DNA from: Octopus sinensis
Lineage: Eukaryota
Length of the DNA: 47,326 bases
Assembly: GCF_006345805.1 (NCBI RefSeq)
Contig: NW_021834549.1
Coordinates: 1 to 47,326 of the forward strand
Reading direction: 5' to 3'
Part shown: one piece after another, positions 1 through 11,879 of the stretch
Position numbering within the stretch: the stretch's first letter is position 1
Layout: each line of letters starts with the position of its first letter
The notes under the pieces: generated by a model
What the model saw: the letters and a program-made list of their open reading frames with translations, nothing else
The model's database searches: none
What the model was told of the DNA's origin: nothing
Program-made: the position numbers and the translations under genes

Positions 1-36
1 AGATAGATAGATGAAATAATAGATAGGTAGATAGTT

Positions 37-120
<84 letters not shown>
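1..120 (+). repeat. (GATA)n microsatellite
   Basis: Direct reading: near-continuous agat/gata repeats. Confidence 0.97.
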
Positions 121-784
121 CACATTTTCTGCATATACTTCCACTCCGCCCACGCACTGACATATTCTCAAACAATAATTATATTCTTACACATGCCCCC
201 TTCTGCATAAAGAAATCCCACATACACACATACACTATTATATTCTCATGCATAAATTCTCACGCATGCTTTCACATTACTATTCTGACATACACATCCA
301 CAAACATTTCCACATACATTAATTCATACATTCTGGCTTACACACACACACACACACACACACACACCACACACACACACATTATATGTAAACACGCATA
401 CACATGTAGTTGCTTCCCTTGTGCTTTCCATTTATTTTGGTATCTCATTAAGGAATCAACGCAATGACATTTAATGAGGACACATCTGACACTACCCAGC
501 CAATATTTGACCCGGTTTCGATCCCAACTTGAGGCAACTCGGATCGAAGTTTATTTAATTACGCCTATCGGCCAGTTTAATCGATATCGATCATATTGAC
601 AAACAATTCAATCAGTATGATGGTGGACGAATTTCCAGTTAATGATAAAGAAGAGGGTGGAAAGCGGTGTGGGTTGCGTGGGTCCATCGACTGACCATAA
701 CAACGCCAGCGATAGCCGCTGCTGTCAATAATGGTTTCTGTTTTAGACACAACCAAGCATTCCAAGTTGAGAGGTTAGTCAATG

Positions 785-940
785 CCATCGATCCCACTAT
801 TCGGCTAGTATTTTTATTGACCCCGAAGGATGAAAGACAAAATCGACCTTGATGTGATTTGAACCTACAAGCTGAAGCACTGGAAGAAATACTGCTTGGT
901 ATTTTGTCCGACGCGCTAACAACTCTCCCAGTTGCCTCCC
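785..940 (-). mobile_element. Degenerate tRNA-derived SINE, family C (head ggcggcgagctggcagaa)
   Basis: Contains ccccgaaggatgaaagacaaaatcgacc..atttgaac, the reverse complement of the body of the better copies at 23733 and 37421. Ends approximate. Confidence 0.75.
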
Positions 941-1004
941 ATCCGCACAGCTACAGGCAAAAATTTTAATTTTGGCACAAGGTCACAAAATTGAAGTGAG
1001 GAGA

Positions 1005-1150
1005 CAAGTCGATATAATCGACATTATTACTTAACTAGTCCTTTATTGACCCCAAAAAAAGGAAAAGCAAAGATGACCCGGGTGGCATTTGAACTCGGGC
1101 CGTAAAATGTCCGAACAAATGCCAATAGTATTCTGGCAGCTGCCTGCCAT
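1005..1150 (-). mobile_element. Degenerate SINE family C
   Basis: gtcgatataatcgac...ttgacccc...gcatttgaactc matches the family C body. Ends approximate. Confidence 0.65.
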
Positions 1151-1429
1151 ATATAGCTACTAACAACAATAACAGCACAACGGCATCAACGACGACAACA
1201 ACAGCAACAGCTTATTCTATCGATCACTTTTGCTGAAATCGCTAAGATATGGGAACGTAAGCAAACCAACACCGGTTGTCAAGCAGTGATGGAGGACATA
1301 TACAAACACATGTATACGAAAGATTAAATCAGTGTTTCTCAAAGCGGACGCTTATCGGATGGTCGGACAAGTTGTTTTGAGAAAATTTGGTTTAAATATT
1401 TGACAACTCAGCACCATCCATTGGAGTGG

Positions 1430-1665
1430 GGCGACGTTTTGCTCGTATATATATATATATGTATGTGTGTGTGTATGTGTGTGTGTGTGTGTGTGTGTGC
1501 GTGCGCACAACAGTTTCCACACATACGGTTTCCGTCCACCAAATTAATTCACAAAGCATTGATGAACCCTGGGCTTCAGCAGAAGACACTCGCCCCAAAT
1601 GTCACTCAGTGGAACACAACCCGAAATCACGTGGTTGCAAGGTGATCTTCTAAACAACACGGCCA
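1430..1665 (-). mobile_element. SINE family B (head ggctgtgtggtaag), 5' half plus internal TA/TG microsatellite
   Basis: tttccgtccaccaaat...agaagacactcgcc...gtggaacacaacccgaaatcacgtggttgc is the reverse complement of the head at 23940 and 32886. Confidence 0.75.
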
Positions 1666-1923
1666 ATTACTTTGTAGCAGAAAGACGCCAAAGTAGAAAC
1701 AACAACAAAAACACATTATTTTATTTTTTTTTTTTGCAGTTTGATGCCAAAAATAAAATTCTTCAGTGTTTCCAAGAAAGCGTTCTTGTTGTAGTGTGGC
1801 TGAATTCATACCTTACCAGACTTAACATCGAACCCCAATCTGACCCTTGGGTATCTTTAGAAGAGCGTGTTCCATTACAAACATTCGAATCAGATTTGTA
1901 GCTTAGAGATTAAGGTTAATCTA

Positions 1924-2487
1924 CTGGGTTGTCCGGAAAGTTCATGCGGATTTTTAAAGGAAAGAAAAAGGTCAATAAATACTTGCCATTACATTTTTTA
2001 ATCAACAAAATATGAACCATTTTGTTGCACAATGCGTCTCCATCTTTCCTTTAACTTGAAAATACCCTCTTCCCAGAATTGAGGTGTTTTCATGGCAAAG
2101 AATTCATCAAGGTATCTTTTTACGTCATCCAAGGAATTGAAATTTTTACCATTAAGACTATTCTGCAGAGACCTGAATAAGTGGAAATCCGAAGGAGCAA
2201 TATCTGGTGAATATGGAGGATGGGGTAACACATCCCAGCCGAGCTGAGGCAATTTTTTGTCTGGTTCCCAAGCATCAAGTGCCGAAATGAACTTTCTTAT
2301 CTTCCATTTTAAGGGTTACAAATTAACACAGGTTTATAGGAACATAAACCTTCTTCCACGAAAAGATAGCTTAAACTGTGCTCAAATGGAGATGTAGTCA
2401 AATCCTATTTTATGGACTCAATCATGTTCTAAAATAAGTCGAAAGGTAAGCTACTATAAATCGGCACGAACTTTCCGGACAACCCAA
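1924..2487 (-). mobile_element. Internally deleted mariner transposon (564 bp)
   Basis: ~30-bp TIRs (ctgggttgtccggaaagttcatgcggattt / aaatcggcacgaactttccggacaacccaa) flanked by TA (1922-23, 2488-89). Minus-strand ORF 1998-2252 contains the mariner motif PHPPYSPDIAPSDFHLF. The N-terminal start MEDKKVH (ATG at 2307) is joined out of frame to it. Confidence 0.95.
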
Positions 2488-3629
2488 TACTTCTTCACAG
2501 ACACAACTATAAAGAAAAGCCGTTTCTAAGTGTACCATTTTACTTGTAACTTAACCTCTAAACCAACCAGGGGTCCTTTTTTAAAACAGTGTGTTGTTGG
2601 AATGCTATATTAATCAATTAATCTATTTATTTGTTTGCTTATTTTATCTGTTCATTTTCTGACGTGGGGGTCAGAAGATTCGCGTCTATCTAAATACTTG
2701 AAACGATTTTTATAGCCTCAGAAATTACACATCATACATACATACATACATACATACATACATACATACATACACACAACATACATACTACACCATACAT
2801 ACACGCACATACATACACCACTACACACGTACATATATATATATATATATTATATATATATTATATATATATATATAATATGTATTTATGTATGTATGTA
2901 TGTATATTATGTATGTATATGATTATAAATATATGCGTGGGTATATATGTATAAATAATATATAATATATATATATATATAATCGCAAGAAATCTCGACG
3001 TTTATCTAATTATACAACAACAATATATATATATATCACTTGAACCTATACATAAAGTATGCTACTTATAGTAATTATTCATACAATTGTCAATATTCAT
3101 TATTATTTATTATCAAACATTAAACTCTATAAACAATTTAAAGGAACATTAATAGTGAAAAGATGGTGGAGTAATTTCCAGTAATAAACCAGTATAGCTT
3201 CCTCTGTTTTTATAGAAATATAAATCTATAGCAATCAATCCTAATGTTTCACTTACCTTCAAATGAAAAAAAATGAAGGGCAAAGACATCTGTCGTTTAT
3301 TTTATGTATCTTATACATTAAAGATTATTAGCATAAAAGGATTTCTACACAAACATACACACACATACAAGCACCTATACACAGATACAGATATAGCATA
3401 CGTACGCACGCACGCATATTCGCCACAGAAACACACACACACACCACACACCCACATATTGTGTATATATATTATATCTAAGGGTTTACAACGAGTTGAC
3501 CACATACCTTTATACATCAAAGGGTATAGCTATTTCTTCTACTAAAAGGGCTATCTCATAAAAACAATTTTGGAAGGCAGACACAACAGGCAAGAGAGAA
3601 TGAATTGACTGCAATTATCATCATTTTTT

Positions 3630-3745
3630 AGTTATCCACGACGTACGTTTCGAAATCAAGTTTTAAGGAAAGCATACGATTAAATATTAATATTAATAAT
3701 AAATAATTCTTCACCGAAACTTCTTTTTCTTCAGCGTAGAATACT
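3630..3745 (-). ncRNA. Type I hammerhead-like motif (left arm of fold-back 1), degenerate
   Basis: Minus strand reads CTGAAGA (3734-3728), ~75-nt stem II, then GAAAC-GTAC-GTC (3651-3640). The G10.1 position is A in this arm. Confidence 0.6.
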
Positions 3746-3870
3746 AAAATAATAACTGATTATATATTGAATCCTGAGATACCAGAAGGCACCATCCATC
3801 ATATAGAGCTTTGATCTAATTGGAGTTGGTCCTTCTGGTATCTCAGGATTCATATATATCAATGATTAAG

Positions 3871-3980
3871 TATTCTACGCTGAAGAGAAAAGAGTTTCGG
3901 TATAGAATTTATTTATTATTTATATTTAATATTAATTCGTATGCTTTCCTAAACTTGATTTCGAACGTACGTCGTATAAA
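3871..3980 (+). ncRNA. Type I hammerhead-like motif (right arm of fold-back 1), degenerate
   Basis: CTGAAGA-G at 3880-3887, extended stem II, GAAC-GTAC-GTC at 3963-3973 (one A of GAAA missing). Confidence 0.55.
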
Positions 3981-4334
3981 AAAAATGTATGATAGATTGC
4001 AGTCAATTATTCTCTCTTGCCTGTTTGTGTCTGCTTCCAAAGCTGTTTTTACTGAGATCCCCTTTTAGTATAAGAAATACTATAACCCTTTGACTGCTTT
4101 TCTAAATTCGCATGTGGTGGGGCAACTCGTTGCTAAACCCTTATTGCTTACATTACTTAAATTTTCCTCGAATGAGCTTTTACATGCCGAAGACACTTGG
4201 TGTAATTGATATTTTTCCAAATAATTAATTTCACCCTTCTTATTACGGATACTATATATATATATATATTTTATTTAGTTTCAGCTCACAAGCTGTGGCC
4301 ATGCTGGGGCACCGCCATTTGCTGGGGCACCGCC

Positions 4335-4376
<42 letters not shown>

Positions 4377-4464
4377 ATATATATATATAAATATATATAT
4401 TATATATATATATATATATTATACATATATATATATATATATGCCTTTTATATTTCTTTTTATC

Positions 4465-4935
4465 TTGTACTTGTTTCAGTCATTGGATTGCGGCTAAGCT
4501 GGGGCACCGCCTTAATGGGTTTAGTCGAACAAATCAAACCCAGTATTTATTTTTCGTTTTTAAGACCAGTGCTTATTCCATCTGTCTCTTTTGCACAGCC
4601 GATAAGATATGGGGATGTAAACAGACCGACACCGATTGTCAGACGATGGTGAGAGTGACAAAGCTACACACACATACATTGAAACATACATACCTATGTG
4701 TGTGTGCGTATGTGTTCGTGCGTGTGTATGTGCATGTGCGTCTGTGTGCTCGCACTCATACACACACATATATACACAAGACGGGCGTCAAAATAGTGTT
4801 TGTTTACCAGATACACTCACAAGGCCTTGATCGGCCTGGGGACAAAAGTAGAAGACACTTGCTCAAGATGCGGTGGAGAGAGAATGAGCCCAAAACCGAA
4901 TGGTTGCAATGCTAGTGTATTGGTTGGTCAAAAGC
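4465..4935 (-). mobile_element. Near full-length degenerate SINE family B
   Basis: Tail (ttgtttcagtcatt..gcggc..ctggggcaccgcc), internal CA/TG microsatellite and head (agaagacacttgctcaag) in reverse orientation. Confidence 0.8.
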
Positions 4936-5236
4936 CAAAACAATGCAAAATGACATATAGGATTGAGTAGAGAGGTAAAGAAAACAGAACGAAAATTTCC
5001 ATTTTATAATTTCTAATTTTCCGAATCGATCGTCTATCGTCAGGAGAAAATGGAGAATGGCATGGAGCTGGTAACTGTTGGTCGAGTGTACGGGAGTAGG
5101 TCGGGACACGAGCAGACAACTACTGGTGTGAAATTTTCGTTGTTGTCTGTTGGTCGATTTCTACACAGCAATCTTCTGAAGGAGGGACCGGAGATCATTA
5201 AGTGTATGTTCAGCATCTCTCTACAGATCGTCCAGT

Positions 5237-5600
5237 GGAGGCGCAATGGCCCAGTGGTTAGGGCAGCGGACTCGCGGTCATAGGATCGCGGTTTCGATTC
5301 CCAGACCGGGCGTTGTGAGTGTTTATTGAGCGAAAACACCTAAAGCTCCACGAGGCTCCGGCAGGGATGGTGGTGATCCCTGCTGTACTCTTTCACCACA
5401 ACTTTCGCTCACTCTTACTTCCTGTTTCTGTTGTACCTGTATTTCTGTGTCACGCTGAATATCCCCGGGAACTACGTTAAGGGTACACGTGTCTGTGGAG
5501 TGCTCAGCCACTTACACATTAATTTCACGAGCAGGCTGTTCCGTTGATTCGGATCAACCGGAACCCTCATCGTCGTAACCGACGGATTGCTTCCACCACT
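5237..5600 (+). mobile_element. Full-length tRNA-derived SINE family A with 12-bp target-site duplication
   Basis: Head ggaggcgcaatggcccagtggttagg (A box) and ggtttcgattccc (B box). TSD agatcgtccagt at 5225-5236 and 5601-5612. Confidence 0.93.
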
Positions 5601-5732
5601 AGATCGTCCAGTAGATTGCAGTAGTGACTCAGTCATTAACAGAAACATTTGTAAGTTAATAAGTTAATTAAGGCGATTACATTACTCCTATTCTTTTGCC
5701 ATTTATATATCATCGAAATATGGCAGTTTCAG

Positions 5733-5770
5733 GAAGTACATGCTACCTCTTAAATATGAACGTTCATTTG
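5733..5770 (+). CDS. Putative micro-exon 1 of a host gene (38 nt, phase 2->1): (R)KYMLPLKYERSF
   Basis: Acceptor gcagtttcag, donor TTG|gtatgt, open in the frame that continues into the next candidate exon. No homology evidence. Confidence 0.4.
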
Positions 5771-6071
5771 GTATGTCCTGACACGCTGACGTTTGAGGAA
5801 ACCTATTGGATAGTTTTATTTAGGAGAACTTTTTGAAATCACATTATGCTGACGGCTTTATCTGCCGCCTCATCGGATCTGTTGTGTAACGGGGACATTT
5901 CGTTTGAAAGAAGGCGATGTTGGCTCTTGTGGTTTAACACAATCATTTGATATAGAGGATACTTTTATTAAAGTTCACGATATTGCAAGCATTTGTCCAT
6001 AGCCGCTAATTGAGGATGAATGGTGCCTTCCCAACATGGTCTCTGAAAGACCTTCAAATATATACATTAAT

Positions 6072-6142
<71 letters not shown>

Positions 6143-6190
6143 TACATATACATATATACATTTATATATATATATATACATATATACATT

Positions 6191-6222
<32 letters not shown>

Positions 6223-6454
6223 TACATTATTTTTTACTTGATGAAACTTTAGTCCTATGAATCGATCCAGTACTTCTTTTATAAGCTTGAAACATTATAT
6301 CGCTTTCTTTTGCCGAACCGCTAATGTTTCGGAAATGTAAACACACCAACACCGGTTGTTACGTGGCGGTGGGAAACAAACACACACAAAGACAAACACG
6401 CCCACACAGACACGCACACACACACACACACACTCACGCACGCACGCACATAAA

Positions 6455-6685
6455 TTGATGAGCGTCAGAAAGGCAAAATTTACGTAATCACCTTCAGTAG
6501 CTTACGACTGTTTCTGCTACAAGGAGCAGTGCATTCAGAACTGAGTGACTGTATAACATCCTATAGCTAAGCTGGAGAAATTAACTTCATTTTAATAACT
6601 CCAAGGAGATATAATTAAGAGAAATAGCTGTAAGTTAATGAAAGTGATCACGTTAATCCTGTTCTTTTGTGATTCATTAATGTAC
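6455..6685. repeat. Small fold-back with two degenerate outward-facing hammerhead 3' halves
   Basis: Minus GAAAC-AGTC-GTA (6514-6503) with stem II tgct/agca and CTGA at 6538-6535; plus GAAAT-AGCT-GTA (6621-6632). Outer arms about 70% complementary over ~50 bp. Confidence 0.55.
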
Positions 6686-7030
6686 GTACGTATGTATGTA
6701 TGTATGTATGTATGTATGTATGTATGTATGTAGTATGTATGTATGTATGTATGTATGTTGCTGTATTGGTGCTCCTGGTCTATTAATATTTGGCTTTCTC
6801 TAAAGTGCCTCCTTGCATCTTTCTCTTATGTAACTATGTGTGTGTATCTGTGTAAGTGCTTGTTTTCAGGGTGATGCTACAGCATGGTCGTTACTCAATG
6901 ACTGAATCAAATGAATGTAGATGAAGAATAAACATACATTTATATGTCTGTCTCTGTGTGTGTGCGCATGTGCGTGCATGTGTGTATACATACATACATA
7001 ATACATACATACATTACATACATACATAAC

Positions 7031-7100
<70 letters not shown>

Positions 7101-7314
7101 TGAGTGTATTTTTACCTTGTTAACAATTAACACGGAAAAATAAATAAATAGTTACCAGGGCAGCAAAATCTCACAAGTAAAGATATATACACTTTCCCGA
7201 AGAGAAGATTGCATTGTTTATACCATTTATTCTTTTGAATAGTATCAGTGGAATTTTCGAAACATGTGTAGAAAGTAAAAATACTTGTTTAAACCTGCGT
7301 TAACTCCATTTTTA

Positions 7315-7348
<34 letters not shown>

Positions 7349-7414
7349 GTGTGGGTATATATATATATATATATAAATGTGTGGGTATATATATATATAT
7401 ATATGTATTCACAC

Positions 7415-7453
<39 letters not shown>

Positions 7454-7685
7454 TACACACAAATGCACACTTTACGTATACAAATAAACACCTCAGTTAC
7501 AGTGCTGTAAAAATTGTAATTAAGAAGGATAAAATTTTAAGATCAAAAAAAGCCAATAAATTAGCGAGAAAGAAGAACGATTTCCTTCTCTTTTGATTAA
7601 TTGTTTGTCATTTTTTAGCTGAACACTGCAGGGGTTACAACGAACGTGTCAGCTGATTGTTAAACTTCCATTAATACAAGCCAAT

Positions 7686-7733
<48 letters not shown>

Positions 7734-8094
7734 ATTTCTTTGTTGTTTTTTTTATAGCATTTAGAATACATAATATTCATGTCTTAAGTATTTAGTCTCT
7801 CGTATAATTTTCTTTCTCTCGGTTGATGTAATCATATAAATTTTAGCAAAGGAAAGAGCGGGATCGTGTGACAAAAGGGGATGTATATTTGGTTGACACC
7901 GGCTCATGCTGGCGAGGTGAACCAAAGAGTTAAGTGAATTTGATGAATGAGACGTAATTGGTGGGGGTGGGTGTTTCTGTTACTTGTGTGGGGGGGTATG
8001 GGGTGTCAGAAATAAGTTTTGATGCTTATGAAGTCACAGAAGTCTAAGAGAGCCGTATCGATAAGACTACTACTACTACTACTACTGTTGTTGT

Positions 8095-8540
8095 TGTTGC
8101 CATTTAGCTTCGAGTTAGACATGATAGAGCAGTCCGATGAGGCAGGGATGTCCAGCTATGCTATTTTCTTTTTCATACATAATATTTCTAGGACTACGTG
8201 ATTTAGAGTTTTCTTTTCCTTTTTTAAGACGGTTGGCTGTGATGACCTGAGGAAGATTTAGTTGCTATTTCTAGGAGTTGAAGCAACCACATAGAAGTTC
8301 CTTCTTTGGTTCGAATACTTTAAGATCACATATTTGCTAACGGGAAAGTTTAGATGTTCTTATGTTTATACCTTTACTAAGTAAATTTTTACAAACATAG
8401 TAAAATTTGATAGACGGAATCCCATCCGGAAGGATATTCCTTTTCGCGGTTGGGGTAGGAATATGAGGATCTGAGGGAGATTTAGCCTCTATGTCTAGGA
8501 GTTAAAGCAACCACGTAGAGATTCTTACTTTGGTTCGAGG
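8095..8540 (-). mobile_element. Family D repeat (ctagaaatagcagccaaatctccctc type), one longer and one partial copy
   Basis: Direct repeat gatttag..ctat.tctaggagtt.aagcaaccac.tag at ~8250 and ~8475. Related copies near 17500, 20800 and 23540; (CAA)n tail. Confidence 0.6.
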
Positions 8541-9193
8541 TTGTTTAAAATTACAAAATTACTGGGAGGAAATTTTGAATTTTACAATGTCATGCCTCCA
8601 CCAAGTTTACGATTCCCCTTATATAAACGGAAACTGTATGGAAGCCCGTTCAAGAGACTTTTGTTTCATAGGTGGTAGACATAATCCATCACCCAGCTTC
8701 AAACCGCAACCAGGCCTTTTGGTGCTTTTAGCAGGATCCGTTTTCTTCCTCCGATCTGTAGATAATCTCTTTATCTCCCACCAATCTCAAAAGAGATATA
8801 GACACTGTGCCTCCCATCCTGACTAAGGGAATAAACTAATAAGAATTGATAATGTTATATGACTTCAGCCAAAAATGAAAGCTGTGATGCGAACTTGGTT
8901 TACTAAAAGATCTATAAACTTCCTTTCTATTTATGATTCATTTGACGGTTCCATATTTAGACGATAAATATGCATTACAAATGGAAATGAACATTGAAGG
9001 TTGGTTAGGATTCCCATAATTCATTTCAGTAAATGCTATAAGAAGAAAAGAAGTGAGGTGGTGGGGGGGTGAGAATTTATTTCTGCAAATTAGCAAGGGA
9101 ACGTATTTGGAAATATCAATTTCCAATAGATATTTGTGGGAATCCAAAATATTTATCAGTTTCTTGGCTTTGTGCTACCAATTTCACAATTAG

Positions 9194-9235
9194 AGAAGAA
9201 TGATGAAGAAACAAATATAGCTGGATATTACGTAT
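9194..9235 (+). CDS. Putative micro-exon 2 (42 nt, phase 1->1): (E)KNDEETNIAGYYV
   Basis: Acceptor tttcacaattag, donor TAT|gtaagc (alternative donor TAC|gtatgt 4 nt upstream). Confidence 0.4.
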
Positions 9236-9711
9236 GTAAGCAGCAGTAACAAGTGACGAACATTCCTAGGGGAAGAGATGCGACGGAGAAACAAAACTAA
9301 AAACAAAAAAAAACTCTTATAATGAATATTTACCCAAAATGGTTTAAAGTTCATGCAATCTTATCTTGAAGCTAGAATTTTTGCAATCTGAAAGAAAATA
9401 AGCTGACAGTTTCCGGCAAATATTGTCATATTAACGAGACAAGCTGAGTGTTCCGTTTTAGGAACGCAGCTGATCTAAATGAGAGAGTGACCCGGGATCT
9501 GGCATATTTTTGTAACGTTCACTTTCACTACAAATCAATCTAACATGATCATTCTGATATACAAGTCAATTAAATATATGTGATATATAATTGTGTGCAT
9601 GTGCTTCTGTTTATGTATGTGTGTTCGTATATGTGCATGTGTATATATGTGTATGTGTATATATGTGCATGTATATATATATATATATATTATATACATA
9701 TATACATATAA

Positions 9712-9742
<31 letters not shown>

Positions 9743-9879
9743 TGTATATATATATACATATATATATATACATATATATGTGTGTGTGTGCACGCGCATG
9801 TGTATAACCATGTATATACGCACATATTGATAAATAGAAAGACAGAAAGGTAGATAGATAGAGAGAGAGACAGGCAGGC

Positions 9880-9992
<113 letters not shown>

Positions 9993-10310
9993 TCGAGAAA
10001 AAGAGTTAGAAAGAGAGAGAGAGAGGGAAGCAAAGACAGAGAAGGGTCAAAGGGAGAAAGACATACATAGTCACTCTCACCCCTGTTTGCTAAAGATCAA
10101 TAGAATGTGAACACAGCAAAAACATAAATTCCTTTATTGATGTTTCGGTCATTACTGTTCGTGTTGTTGTTCTTGTTGAAAACGATGATGATGTTGCAAC
10201 TGTTGTTGTTGTTGTTATTGAAGTTGTTGTTGTTGTAGGTGCTGGTTCTGGTGATATATTGATGTTGTTGTTTTTGTAGTTTCTCCTTCTGACGTCAATA
10301 ATAAGTTTAA

Positions 10311-10390
10311 TCAGCAAACTGCATCTAGAATGTTCTTCTGGTCTTCTGATGGGTTGTTTGACCCTGTTTGAACTTCCATATTGTTTTCAT
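10311..10390 (-). CDS. Possible antisense exon with short coding end (D)ENNMEVQTGSNNPSEDQKNILDAVC*
   Basis: Long polypyrimidine tract plus CAG acceptor (10391-10393 on the minus strand); stop at 10311-10313. No partner exons identified. Confidence 0.25.
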
Positions 10391-10630
10391 CTGTCGAAAA
10401 TGAAAACGAAAGGAAAAAAGAAAGAAAGAGAGGATGGATTTTGTGGGTGTGTTGTTTATACATCAGTTTTAAAGCTATACTACACGAAATAATTTCTTTA
10501 TGTTTCCAAAAATATTTTATCCAAAAAAAAAAAAATGAAAAACTGATAGGAAGAAACGAAATCATATAACCTTTAGTGATGTTCCTGATGATCCTATTTA
10601 CTGTTTCTGCTGCTGCTGCTGTTGCTGTTG

Positions 10631-10997
10631 AGCGAACGGTCTTCGTCCCAGAGCTCGCAAGATGGGAGAAATCCGAAACGTGGTCCTTTGCTATTCGTAA
10701 GACCCGCAGAAGAGAAAGCAGGTCAACACCCCCGACACCGAGAGCATCGACGGATGGATGAATGCCCATCCAGGCTCAGCAGTTGCGTAGGAAGTCGGGA
10801 ACAAGAAACAGGAAGAAAGAGTGAGAGAAAGTTGGCGCGAAAGAGTACAACTGGGGTCGCCACGACCCCCTGCCGGAGCCTCGTGGAGCTTTAGGTGTTT
10901 TCGCTCAATAAACACACACAACGCCCGGTCTGGAAATCGAAACCGCGATCCTCCGACCGCAAGTCCGCTGCCCTAACCACTGGGCCATTGTGCCTCC
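10631..10997 (-). mobile_element. SINE family A with alternative 3' tail (tail 2), embedded in (CTG/TTG)n
   Basis: Head and body are the reverse complement of the 5237 copy up to the cttcctgtttct segment; the sequence then diverges. Confidence 0.88.
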
Positions 10998-11202
10998 ACT
11001 GCTGCTGCTGCTACTGCCACTGCTGCTGCTGTTGTTGTTGTTTAGCACCGGCTTAGTTCTGACCGGGATAACCTATGATCAAGTACATTATTATTTTATT
11101 TGTTTTAAACATTGTGTATCTAGGATAATATTTTTCAACGTGACTGTCGCTTCTCAGGACATTCCAGTCGTGACCATCCAACCACTTTCTCCGTCTATAT
11201 AT

Positions 11203-11523
11203 GGAACACTTCGTCGGTTACGACGGCGAGGTTCCCAGCTGATACGATAAACGGAACAGCTTTCTCGTGAAATTAACGTGCAAGTGGCTGAGCACTCCAC
11301 AGACAAGCGTACTCCTAACGTAGTTCTCAGGGCGATTCAGCGTGACACAGAGTGTGACAAGGCTAACCTTTTTGAGTTCCAGGTACAACTCACTTTAGCC
11401 AGCTGAGTGGACTGGAGCAACGTGAAATAAAGTGTCTTGCTCAAGGACACAACGCGTCGCCGGGAATCGAACTCACTACCTTACAATCGTGAACCGAATG
11501 CCCTAACCACTAAGCCACGCGCC
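11203..11523 (-). mobile_element. tRNA-derived SINE family A2 (different head, same 3' domain as the 5237 SINE)
   Basis: Head ggcgcgtggcttagtggttagggc...gttcgattcccgg...gtgtccttgagcaagacactt; 3' part gtctgtggagtgctcagccacttgcacgttaatttcacgag is shared with 5490-5590. Confidence 0.88.
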
Positions 11524-11879
11524 TTTTATACATAATGTACGGAGAACTACGTTATTGAATGCGTCGTTCCTTCTTTTATATCTTGAGATTGGTTAAATTC
11601 CATTTCAGAGATATATTTCAGTGGTATTTCTAACAAGCCTACCGGTTGGTATAACGTATCCATATTTTACATTATAGTTGGACATTCTCTTTATTGGCTG
11701 TCAACTGGAGATGTTGACTGTCAATAATATCACCTTTACAGTGATGGCGAAAACTCACTGAAAATCTGATCTCTTATGAACCACATTTAAGCTCACTTTT
11801 CCCTCCAATTCTTAATTATGTATCCAGCAAGCCTAACCAAAAGCCGTACATTTCCTCCCACCATGCAGCGAGTATTTTG

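Larger units (their letters stand above)
3479..4143. repeat. Fold-back element 1: inverted arms 3481-3793 / 3828-4141, 34-bp spacer, TA at both ends
   Basis: gaatcctgagataccagaagg pairs with ccttctggtatctcaggattc; agggtttacaacgagttg pairs with caactcgttgctaaaccct. Roughly 80-85% identity with many 1-bp indels. Confidence 0.93.

Noticed and set aside
1741-1901. Strong plus-strand acceptor (poly-T gcag) followed by an open frame
   Set aside because: No convincing donor in the phase needed to join the exon chain, and no recognisable peptide.
3794-3827. Spacer of fold-back 1 as a leftover sequencing adapter
   Set aside because: It does not match the PacBio SMRTbell adapter as I recall it, and the inversion stops at defined TA ends instead of running on. 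An artefact is not fully excluded without reads.
7619-7645. Possible extra 27-nt phase 1/1 exon (AEHCRGYNE)
   Set aside because: Good acceptor but weak donor (AAC|gtgtca); not supportable without RNA data.
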